A stretch of DNA of 63,974 nucleotides, the filler included, from an uncultured Myxococcia bacterium (GTDB lineage: Bacteria; CAZTWC01), in NCBI GenBank assembly GCA_964617105.1. It is 7 parts of 7 records of this genome, joined end to end, with 100 filler letters (N's around TTAATTAATTAA, not from the genome) between each part and the next. Parts side by side here need not be neighbours in the genome. Positions count along the whole stretch, not along the records: positions 9,432 to 18,754 come from CAZTWC010000140.1; 6 more parts are not named here. One strand, written 5' to 3'. Shown here piece after piece: positions 10,410 through 18,854 of this stretch (within the stretch, counting starts at the first letter, position 1; each line of letters opens with the position of its first letter). The position numbers were made by a program, and so were the translations under genes. The notes under the pieces were generated by a model. The model saw nothing but the letters and a program-made list of their open reading frames with translations, did not search any database and had not been told where the DNA came from.

Positions 10410-10984
10410 GCATGATCGATGATTTTGAACAAGATACAGAAAAACAGGTGGGCTCCTTTATTGGAGATTCATCATTGGGGGCACTGGTTGACTTGGCTTT
10501 TAACATCCTGATTATCGTGTTGGCCTTTAGCACTTTTGCGGTGGCAGAATCAGAAAAAGAGAATGAAAAACAAATCGAACGCGCCTTTGAAGAAACGGTG
10601 GCAGGAACTTGTGTGGCTGCCTCGCCATATGCATTTAGAAAAGCGCTCCGGGGACTGGGTGGAAGAATTTTTATAGTTAAAATAGGCATTAAAAACCAAC
10701 TTAAGTATGAGTTATTGGAAAATCCCGGGACTGGAGAATTAAAGGCGGTGGCTATGAACTACAAAGAAAAAAGGCAGGTGCGGCATCTGGATGTCGAACA
10801 TTGGAAGTTGTCCAGAAAAGAGATCGGGTTTTTAAACTACCGTGGCCGACTCAGAAAAAAAGAGGTTATATATGCATTTTTACCCAAAAAAAAGTTGCAG
10901 GCAATCAGGGATGGACATAACCCGGAAAAAGAAAAATGTGTGTTATGGCATATTGAACCATATATGCTTTTAAGAGCGAATTGA
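10406..10984 (+). CDS. ExbD/TolR/MotB-like single-pass partner with atypical periplasmic domain
   Basis: TM helix 'LVDLAFNILIIVLAF' with an intramembrane Asp. ATGA overlap with the ExbB-like gene. Confidence 0.6.
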   Translation: MSMIDDFEQDTEKQVGSFIGDSSLGALVDLAFNILIIVLAFSTFAVAESEKENEKQIERAFEETVAGTCVAASPYAFRKALRGLGGRIFIVKIGIKNQLKYELLENPGTGELKAVAMNYKEKRQVRHLDVEHWKLSRKEIGFLNYRGRLRKKEVIYAFLPKKKLQAIRDGHNPEKEKCVLWHIEPYMLLRAN

Positions 10985-11063
10985 TTATCAGACTGTAGTA
11001 AAGACCATGCAAATGGTAAAAAATACCGGGAAACTAAATGTTATATCAACTGGGAGGTAAAAT

Positions 11064-11642
11064 ATGCTTACGATTCTAAAAACATCTGGATGGGCAGTGT
11101 TTTTGATTCTGTTTTTCAATATTACTGGAGTTGGCACTGGCTTCTGTGTCGGGCCAGCAGAGGCTTGCCCTGGCCTGGAAAGCAATATCGATACAGTTAT
11201 GGAGTTATATCAGCAGATGGTCACAGCAAAATCGGAAAAAGAGAAAAACAAAATCAGGACAATATATCAGAAAAAAAGAAGAGATGCTGTTGATTATGTG
11301 TATGTGTATTGCCGGTATTCGCAATTACCAGCGTTTATTGCCGGTCTGGAACATGATGCGGTTTTGTGGCTGTTACAATCACATTTTCGAAACCGGTTCC
11401 TTGGCGCTAACAACGTTGGGACACTGATTGAAGAGTTGAATGATGCGGTAACAATAACCGGCCATCGGTTGACCAGAGTAAAGAAGAAACTATCTGATAA
11501 AAAAAGGGAAGCAAAATCATTGTCAAAACAATACTGCCTAAAAGAGAAACAGGAACCGGCATTGACACTGAATGAGGAGGTGGAAACTGTATTGGGAAAC
11601 GAGTTTTGGGAGCAAACAGTATCACCCTTGGTGGGCGAATAA
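11064..11642 (+). CDS. Hypothetical exported helical protein
   Basis: GGAGG RBS, N-terminal signal/TM, several Cys. Confidence 0.7.
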   Translation: MLTILKTSGWAVFLILFFNITGVGTGFCVGPAEACPGLESNIDTVMELYQQMVTAKSEKEKNKIRTIYQKKRRDAVDYVYVYCRYSQLPAFIAGLEHDAVLWLLQSHFRNRFLGANNVGTLIEELNDAVTITGHRLTRVKKKLSDKKREAKSLSKQYCLKEKQEPALTLNEEVETVLGNEFWEQTVSPLVGE

Positions 11643-11725
11643 ACTGGCGTCCGCAAATTAAGATTGTTGTTAAACCAGTGGCTTTCAGGCAGCCTTCAAA
11701 TAATATGTAAAAGGAGGAAACTTAT

Positions 11726-12136
11726 ATGGAAAATATTTTTAAAAAAATATCCCGAATCATAGTGCTTTTAACTTGCGTGGCTTTTATTGTGTTTGTCACT
11801 CTTGCGGTTTTGTATTTTTTAAACGGTAATGTGCAAAACCAGGTTAGTTCTAATGGTAAAAAAATGTTCGAAAAACTGGAAAAAAAAGTCAGTGATTTAA
11901 ACAAAGAAATTAAAACAGAAAAGTTTAAAGGAGATGGAATTCCCGCAAACTTTAAATCACCGGCACCTAGGTCCACAGTTGGAAAAGTAAAGCAGAAACA
12001 ATCAACTCTGTCCGAATCACAATTGATTTCCAGGGCCAAAAAAAAACTACACCGGCAAATCGAAAAACGGCAAAAAAAAGCCATGGATGTGTTTGAAAAA
12101 CTCGACAGAGCATTGAGTAAAATAGGTGAACAATAA
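11726..12136 (+). CDS. Hypothetical single-TM Lys-rich protein
   Basis: AGGAGG RBS, N-terminal TM, then a basic extended/helical region. Confidence 0.7.
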   Translation: MENIFKKISRIIVLLTCVAFIVFVTLAVLYFLNGNVQNQVSSNGKKMFEKLEKKVSDLNKEIKTEKFKGDGIPANFKSPAPRSTVGKVKQKQSTLSESQLISRAKKKLHRQIEKRQKKAMDVFEKLDRALSKIGEQ

Positions 12137-12163
12137 ATTGTTCTTTAGAAAAGGAGAAGATTG

Positions 12164-12700
12164 ATGAAGACTAATTGGTTCAAAATGATAATGATATCTA
12201 TTCTTGCCATGATGATCATCTCTTGTGCCGGGGTAAAGATCAAAGATAAAGCAACATTGGAACAAAAACCCAGGAAGTGTCAAGCGCCTGGTGAAGTAAT
12301 GGAAGAGTCGCGCCAGGCAATCAAAATGGCAGACAAAGAGTTGAAACAGGTTAATAAAGAATTTCAAATACAAAAAGGGAGTTTCGCCTGTATTAAACCT
12401 TTGCTGGTCAATTACCAAATGCTTATATCTGGTCAGGAGCAACAAATTGAAATTGCAAAACACTTTTTTAAAAATAAGAGTTGGTTCACTGAAGCATTGG
12501 TTTGTCTTGAGAAAGCACCTGCAGTTTTCAAATCTGCCCTGGCTGTTCCTTTGGTGGAGTTAGGAGTTCGATTTGGTTTTCATAAATTGATCGAGCATGG
12601 CTGCTATTATATGGAAATATATCCACAGGCAGGAGTGTATGCCACTAATGATGAGCCTTTGTTTATGTCTGATAAAATTTGTGACTATTTGGGCCTTTGA
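12164..12700 (+). CDS. Hypothetical lipoprotein
   Basis: Signal peptide with lipobox-like 'IISC', AAGGAG RBS. Confidence 0.7.
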   Translation: MKTNWFKMIMISILAMMIISCAGVKIKDKATLEQKPRKCQAPGEVMEESRQAIKMADKELKQVNKEFQIQKGSFACIKPLLVNYQMLISGQEQQIEIAKHFFKNKSWFTEALVCLEKAPAVFKSALAVPLVELGVRFGFHKLIEHGCYYMEIYPQAGVYATNDEPLFMSDKICDYLGL

Positions 12701-12764
12701 TTGAATTATTTACAAGCGGCATAATGGGAACTCGGGAGAATAACTTTATAACGGGAGAGATACA

Positions 12765-13697
12765 ATGAATAAAAAGACCATGATTTTAATTATTTTGCCG
12801 ATAATATTGCAGAGCCCATTGTTTTCAATGGCCATGGAAAAAGACGATATTGTTTTGGCAACTCAAACCATGACAGAGTTAAATAAAACCAGGAGTTGGA
12901 AACAAAAACACAAGAATCCTATCCAGAATGTAGCCGCTCTCCACAAAAAGGCGCAGGCAGCCTGTAACGGGCCAAAATTAAAGGCTTTACTAAACCGCTA
13001 TCTTCTATCTTGTGATTCGACAAATTCGAAAAACTGCCTTCAGGTAAAAGAGGAAATTGATCGGGCCTATTCAAACTGTGATTTAACCAGAGGGGAATTT
13101 CTAGCGGCTGATATTGAGAACTTAGCTATAGAGATAGCCTCGCTGGAAAAAGAGAATATCACCCTGAAGAACTATTTGACCCAGGTAAAAGGCGGTTCTG
13201 CATCAACTTCAAGCCGGATTAGAGATGAATTGAAAACAGGTATCATGGAAGTAGAACGGCTAAAAGAATTGGGTAAAAGGTTAAGCCATGATTTTGATTA
13301 TATCCTGGCCATGAAAAGGAAAAAACTTGAGGCAGTCAAAACGAGTTACTTGATGGCTAAAAAAGCGGAGAAAGAAGGATTGGCTCTTAGTCCCCGCCAG
13401 GCGCTAAAAGATTTAGCCCGTAATCAAAATGAACTAGATGCCCTGAAGATCAGGATGCAGGTGGAAGCGGATCAGGCCGAATTTCTCAAACAAAAGCACA
13501 AAATACTCTCTGCCTGTAAAGACAGTTATATGGAATGCCTAGGAATAATAAAAGGAAAAAGCAGATATCCCAAATATGAACAGATCGCAGTTCCTAATCC
13601 AGCCCAAATTATATCACCACAAAAAAACCAGTTAAAAAGCAACAAATCGATATCTCAGACAGTAAACGAGGTTAATGATATTCTTAGGTGGGAATAG
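12765..13697 (+). CDS. Hypothetical secreted coiled-coil protein
   Basis: Signal peptide (…SMA|M), paired Cys and long heptad-like helices. Upstream TTGATT-N17-CATAAT. Confidence 0.7.
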   Translation: MNKKTMILIILPIILQSPLFSMAMEKDDIVLATQTMTELNKTRSWKQKHKNPIQNVAALHKKAQAACNGPKLKALLNRYLLSCDSTNSKNCLQVKEEIDRAYSNCDLTRGEFLAADIENLAIEIASLEKENITLKNYLTQVKGGSASTSSRIRDELKTGIMEVERLKELGKRLSHDFDYILAMKRKKLEAVKTSYLMAKKAEKEGLALSPRQALKDLARNQNELDALKIRMQVEADQAEFLKQKHKILSACKDSYMECLGIIKGKSRYPKYEQIAVPNPAQIISPQKNQLKSNKSISQTVNEVNDILRWE

Positions 13698-13865
13698 GGG
13701 GAAAGGTAAATGAACGCTTCTCTTTGGACCGCTAAAGATTCGACAAATCCTCTAAGCCATTTTTTTTGCCTTATAAATAGGTTGACATTGCCAACTATTT
13801 GCACCAAGATCGCTATTAAGATTATTTTGTCGCTTATTCGGCTTTTGGTAAAGGGTAACAATTCT

Positions 13866-14513
13866 ATGGACGATTGGCGGGAAGAGATAAGAAAAAAATT
13901 GAGCGATTCGGTATTTATCGCCATATTTACCCGGAATGTTAGGAAAAAATGCGGGTCTTTTCTTAGAAAATGGGAAAGTTTTGGACACAGAACAGAGACC
14001 GCAGATGATATTGTTCAGCAAGCCATTGAAAATGTATATGTACACCTGGAAAAATTGACTGATGAGGAACCGATAACCAATTTAAAAGCCTATCTTTTAA
14101 CTACTGCCCATCGAGTTGCTATTGGCATTGACAGAAAATATTTTGGCCGCTCAAAAAGTCAAACTTCAATAGAAAAGCAAACCCAACCAAATAAAAGTCA
14201 AAAAATTATGGTTTCATATAATGATTTGCAGGAACAGTCAGATAGTGCAAATCATTATATTGATCCCACTTTGTCTGCACCAAAAAATCCCGAGCAAGGC
14301 GTTATAGCTGACGAATTGCAGCAGATGTTAACACTAGAATATGAAAAGTTGTCAAAAAAACAGCGCCAGATATTGGATTTGCTGCTTCTGGGTCATAAAT
14401 CGGGTGAGATAGCCGAGATACTTAAAATCAGCCCAGGTAATGCCAGACAACAGGTGTACAGAGTACGAAAAGCCCTGAACGCCATTAAAGACCACATCAT
14501 AGGGACAACCTAA
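13866..14513 (+). CDS. ECF-type RNA polymerase sigma factor
   Basis: Region 2 'ADDIVQQAIENVY…NLKAYLLTTAHRVAIGIDRK' and region 4 'LSKKQRQILDL…KSGEIAEILKISPGNARQQVYRVRKAL'. Start MDDW chosen from the AAGGG RBS and an upstream TTGACA. Confidence 0.85.
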   Translation: MDDWREEIRKKLSDSVFIAIFTRNVRKKCGSFLRKWESFGHRTETADDIVQQAIENVYVHLEKLTDEEPITNLKAYLLTTAHRVAIGIDRKYFGRSKSQTSIEKQTQPNKSQKIMVSYNDLQEQSDSANHYIDPTLSAPKNPEQGVIADELQQMLTLEYEKLSKKQRQILDLLLLGHKSGEIAEILKISPGNARQQVYRVRKALNAIKDHIIGTT

Positions 14514-15607
14514 TGACTACTACCATTGAGAAGTTACGCAGTTGGGCACTACAGTTTATGCAAGAGAACTTAGAATCTATTGCCCAGCTAAATGACGAGA
14601 TCACCCCGACTGCCATTATTGAAGCTGTCCGGGAAACCGGTGAAGAAGATATTGCTGCCCAAACTTCTGAGTCAAAAAAAGGAGGGCTGGCATTAGCCCA
14701 AAAATGGTGTCACCAAATTTCTGAAGTGCGGGACCATCTCCAAATTAAAGTGGATCAGGCCTGGGATTTGTTTGAGCAAGACCTTGCGGAACCTGGTTCA
14801 GAACTGGACATTTTACTGACCCGATATGATCAGATGATTTTGGAAAATCTTCTATTTACCACCACTGTAAATAATTTTCGTAAACAGCAACTGGAACAAT
14901 TGGACTCTGTGAACCAAGAGCATCTGTGGTGGTGGCACGATTTATCAGGTATCGAACCAGATACCTTATACCGGTTAATACTTAATCAGGAGATCCCTAT
15001 TACAGAAGAAGACTTTTCGCAACTCCAGTCAATACTCTCCTGCAGTCCAAAAACAAAAGAGGCCCTTGACAATGAACTCGCCATCAATACCGCACTAAAG
15101 GAAACTGTAAAGGCCTCTCTATCAAAAGGGGCACATCAGGTAAAAAGGCCGGAACTTAGTTTGGCAGAACTAAAAAGCAAGATAAAAGAGGTCATCGACA
15201 TTGTCTTTCATGGTCCAGACCTTTCTGCAGACCGTTTTGTCCTGGCAGGTGCTGAAGACACTGCTTCCACTTCGATTCCAACCGGTTTTGGCAATATTGA
15301 TGGGCAAGTGGATGATTTCCTCAACTCTTTGGAAAAAGTCAAAGCCCTCTCTTGGTCAGACAAGCGTCTTCAACCGGTTTTAGGCTGGAAAGGCGATGAA
15401 TTGCACCTGATCATTTATTGGGACACTATTCAATTGCCAACCAGGGTTTGGGTTGGCAAACCAAAAGGGAAAGATCAAGATTTGTCTCCCTATCAGCAGA
15501 CAAATCTGGCCACCAATTATCTGCTCAGCAAACAACAGTTGCCGGCCGAACTATTCCTGTTCATTGAGATTGCAGACCAGTTTCACTCCTATAGATTAAA
15601 ATTTTAG
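14513..15607 (+). CDS. Soluble putative anti-sigma factor (possibly Csx30-like)
   Basis: TAATG overlap with the sigma gene, no TM segment. Helical N-domain, linker and beta-rich C-domain. Function is inferred. Confidence 0.5.
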   Translation: MTTTIEKLRSWALQFMQENLESIAQLNDEITPTAIIEAVRETGEEDIAAQTSESKKGGLALAQKWCHQISEVRDHLQIKVDQAWDLFEQDLAEPGSELDILLTRYDQMILENLLFTTTVNNFRKQQLEQLDSVNQEHLWWWHDLSGIEPDTLYRLILNQEIPITEEDFSQLQSILSCSPKTKEALDNELAINTALKETVKASLSKGAHQVKRPELSLAELKSKIKEVIDIVFHGPDLSADRFVLAGAEDTASTSIPTGFGNIDGQVDDFLNSLEKVKALSWSDKRLQPVLGWKGDELHLIIYWDTIQLPTRVWVGKPKGKDQDLSPYQQTNLATNYLLSKQQLPAELFLFIEIADQFHSYRLKF

Positions 15608-15721
15608 CCTAAAACATGTAACGTTTTTCTTTTCAAAACCTTCTCAAATAATGACACCATCTATTTCGGTGTAAATTCTTAGCCCAAATATTCGTGCCAA
15701 GAGATTAGAGGAGGTATCAAT

Positions 15722-16294
15722 ATGTTAAAGGTCAAAATCTTACTGAACCTATTATTGTCTATGACACTATTATTCAGCGCTTCTGACTCCCATGCCCAAA
15801 AAAATGAAAATCCCCAGGAAGATTTGCTTGTCCGCAGCCGCAATTTGCTGAAAACCAACAAAACTGTTTTACTTGCCAATAACAACAATAGTTACCTGGT
15901 GGGCAAATTAAAAGACTTTGAGACAATAATAGTCGCTAAAAAACAATATAAAAGTAGCCGCTCCTGGCGCAACTTCGGTATTGGCTCTTTTATCATCGGT
16001 TCTTTTGCTTTAGGCGGTGCCGGTGTTTTAGGCTACAAAACCGGTTTTTGGAATAGAGAGGTATCCCTGCACCCCAAAGAAAATCCCCAGGTCAGACTAA
16101 CCAGAATAAGGTTCCAGCCGCCAGCATTTTTAGGAGCAGGCGGCGCCATCGCCATCACTACTGGTCTAATCTGCTGGATAACCGGCCAGTATTACATGGA
16201 AAAAGCCAGGGATGCAGCCCTAAAATCCAGTTTTATGATTATTTACGACAATAAAAACAATACAAAAGTTGTGAAATACGGTGTTAGGTTTTAG
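15722..16294 (+). CDS. Hypothetical exported/membrane protein
   Basis: GGAGG RBS, signal peptide (SHA|Q), two Gly-rich hydrophobic helices, C-terminal 'KYGVRF'. Confidence 0.7.
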   Translation: MLKVKILLNLLLSMTLLFSASDSHAQKNENPQEDLLVRSRNLLKTNKTVLLANNNNSYLVGKLKDFETIIVAKKQYKSSRSWRNFGIGSFIIGSFALGGAGVLGYKTGFWNREVSLHPKENPQVRLTRIRFQPPAFLGAGGAIAITTGLICWITGQYYMEKARDAALKSSFMIIYDNKNNTKVVKYGVRF

Positions 16295-16296
16295 AC

Positions 16297-16324
16297 TGGA
16301 CAACTCAAAGCAAACAGGTATAAT
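16297..16324 (+). promoter_or_regulatory. Putative sigma-70 promoter for the DUF3800-like gene
   Basis: TGGACA-N16-TATAAT. Confidence 0.5.
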
Positions 16325-16451
16325 AGAAATTTCCCGCGACCCCAACACCAATAGGCAGGATAATTATGTGAATAACGCCATATTTAGCATAAGATCGTTT
16401 TGTATCCACCATTGGTAACCGACCTCAATAGTTTCTTACCAGGAGAAAAAT

Positions 16452-18686
16452 ATGGCACAAAACATCGCTCACCTTGATCTTTTCCTTGATGAAAGCGGCT
16501 CTTTCAACGAGGGAGATACCGTTTTTCAGGATGATACAACAAGAAAAAAGATTCCTAGTCAGTTAGCAGGTATTTTGGCACCCCAAAACTCCTTTAATAA
16601 AAAATCGGCCCAAAAAGTTCTTTCAACAGTTCTTAGAACGCATGAATTACCGATTGAACGGGAATTTCACTCCACTGAAATCAAAGATAATCACCTTTTT
16701 AATAATCTGGTTCAGGCATGCCTGCAGCAGATTAAAAATCGGGATTGGCAGCCAGTTAGAATTGTAAATACCGAAGGGGTTAGTTTTGGTAACCAGGTCG
16801 CAACTTACTGTAATATGGTGGCAGAGTTGGTGGTTCGAATTTTTGAAGAAATAATCAGAAAAGGATATTCTGAGATCCACTTTGATATTACCTGCGCTTC
16901 AGTAACCCGGGAGGATGAGCAGGGTAACCTGGTTAGACAAGAGAAAGAAAATTATCTCTCCAGACTGAAGGAATATATTGCCCAGGTATCTTTACGCCGC
17001 GGCTTCTCCAAAGGATTTAATGCATTGAAAGTCGACCGGTTCCAATTGGGAAGCGGGACAAGGTGGCGGACCCTGCAGATATGCGATCTTCTCAGTAATT
17101 CCAGTCACACCACCTACAATCGGTGTGAACCGGAAACGCGGACACAACTTAAAGATGCTTTTGGCATATATAACTATACCCTCTGTATTTATGAGATTAT
17201 TAAACGGTTAAATGATCTGATTAGTAACGATTTCTATGGTATGACGTTGCAATTAATCGGCCAGACATTGACAGGCTCTGAGCCTCTTCACACTACTTTA
17301 AAAGAAAAAATAGCCGCCATCCAGGAAACAACCATCCAAAGAATGGCAATCATTGATGAATCCAGCCGCAAGAATCACCTGCAAATACTGATAAGTTGGC
17401 TGGAGCAAATTGTTTATGAACAGCGGGATACAGTGCTAGCAGACAAAATTGTCACTTGGATTCGAGAAAATCCTTTAAAATACCTTGAACAATTATTACC
17501 TGATAACAAACTGGTTACCCTCAAATGGTTTAAATTATCAATTCTCTCTCTTGGTTTGACTACACTTAACCATAAAGGCGATGTTGATCGGGCCCGCAAA
17601 GTTTGTGCAGATATTGACAAATTAATACCGCAAATGGCTGGCCAATGGGATAATGTGCCGGTCATTATCCAGACTCTTTTGCATCAGGGGGTCCATCTTA
17701 TCGATTGCTTTGAGCCGGAAGTGACTGCTCGCAAGATGGCTGCGGTCACTAAATATTATCAAGAATTGTCTCTATTTTTCAACGACCTTTTGCCAGAAAT
17801 TTTCCAGGAAAAAATTCGCTCCAACATTTGTGGCCGGGCACTAGGAACGCAATTGCAGGCTGAAATGTATATGGGTCTTGATGGCCCTGCCCATTTTAAT
17901 ATTGCCAGAGAGTTGAGCGACAAAGCCATCGATGAATTTGATTCCCACAATGACAAATGCCGCCAATATCAGTATCGCTGCCAGTTGGAAACATATATGG
18001 GGAATTTCGACACTGCCTTGACATTTCTTTGTAAAAGCCTGGATGTTGAGGATGATATTTCCCATGACAGAATCGCCGCCACTGTTGCTTCTTTAGGTTT
18101 CAATGCTCAGGGATTTCTGCTGCTCCACTGGCTCAGACTGGGTGCGGCAATTTGCGGCTCAGGCTCTATCGAGCAAAAGGAAAAGTTTTTACAGGCTTTC
18201 GAGTCATCGGCGTTAACTATTTCCTCATGGGAAAAAAAACCAGAAACACCTCAATATCCTGCCTACGGAATCATACGGCAGGCGGCGTTAATTTATGCTC
18301 GCAGCGTTAATGAAAAAAAACAAAAAAAAGCCTTTACTCTGTTAAAATACTTTTCTACCGATGCCAAATCAGCCGACTCTCTTTTTATCTTTTCAACTAT
18401 TCAGTTGGCAAGTTATGCCGAAATAGCATCGGTGATGTGGGATCATAAAAAATATCGTAAAAATGCTGTTATGCTCTTTAGCAATAAACAGCCTGACCAG
18501 CCCGGAATAATTCAATTGCACAAAAAACTGCGCCAGCAAGTACCAGATGATTTTATTGGCTTTCATGCCCAACTGAACGAGTGGGGCACCTCCATCGAAA
18601 CGATAAAAAAACTGGGCAAAAAAGATAAGAATTTTGGTAAGACAAAAGGTTTATTGGGCAAAATAGCCAGAGTTGTGCCATATTAG
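16452..18686 (+). CDS. DUF3800-like (RNase H-fold) domain fused to a large helical/TPR-like region
   Basis: 'LFLDESGS', 'EFHSTEI' and 'LQICDLLS' match the DUF3800 DESG / E.H / Q..D pattern. About 500 helical C-terminal residues. AGGAG RBS. Confidence 0.7.
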   Translation: MAQNIAHLDLFLDESGSFNEGDTVFQDDTTRKKIPSQLAGILAPQNSFNKKSAQKVLSTVLRTHELPIEREFHSTEIKDNHLFNNLVQACLQQIKNRDWQPVRIVNTEGVSFGNQVATYCNMVAELVVRIFEEIIRKGYSEIHFDITCASVTREDEQGNLVRQEKENYLSRLKEYIAQVSLRRGFSKGFNALKVDRFQLGSGTRWRTLQICDLLSNSSHTTYNRCEPETRTQLKDAFGIYNYTLCIYEIIKRLNDLISNDFYGMTLQLIGQTLTGSEPLHTTLKEKIAAIQETTIQRMAIIDESSRKNHLQILISWLEQIVYEQRDTVLADKIVTWIRENPLKYLEQLLPDNKLVTLKWFKLSILSLGLTTLNHKGDVDRARKVCADIDKLIPQMAGQWDNVPVIIQTLLHQGVHLIDCFEPEVTARKMAAVTKYYQELSLFFNDLLPEIFQEKIRSNICGRALGTQLQAEMYMGLDGPAHFNIARELSDKAIDEFDSHNDKCRQYQYRCQLETYMGNFDTALTFLCKSLDVEDDISHDRIAATVASLGFNAQGFLLLHWLRLGAAICGSGSIEQKEKFLQAFESSALTISSWEKKPETPQYPAYGIIRQAALIYARSVNEKKQKKAFTLLKYFSTDAKSADSLFIFSTIQLASYAEIASVMWDHKKYRKNAVMLFSNKQPDQPGIIQLHKKLRQQVPDDFIGFHAQLNEWGTSIETIKKLGKKDKNFGKTKGLLGKIARVVPY

Positions 18687-18754
18687 GTGTCTGAACTACT
18701 ACATATTAAGCAGTTCACATGGGGCCAGTTTAGAGTAACAGACTCAATCATCTG

Positions 18755-18854
18755 NNNNNNNNNNNNNNNNNNNNNNNNNNNNNNNNNNNNNNNNNNNNTT
18801 AATTAATTAANNNNNNNNNNNNNNNNNNNNNNNNNNNNNNNNNNNNNNNNNNNN
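18755..18854. other. Artificial contig spacer
   Basis: N run with TTAATTAATTAA. Confidence 0.97.

Noticed and set aside
13710-13865. Longer N-terminus of the sigma ORF
   Set aside because: The region contains a TTGACA promoter-like box, and an RBS precedes ATG 13866, so it is probably intergenic.
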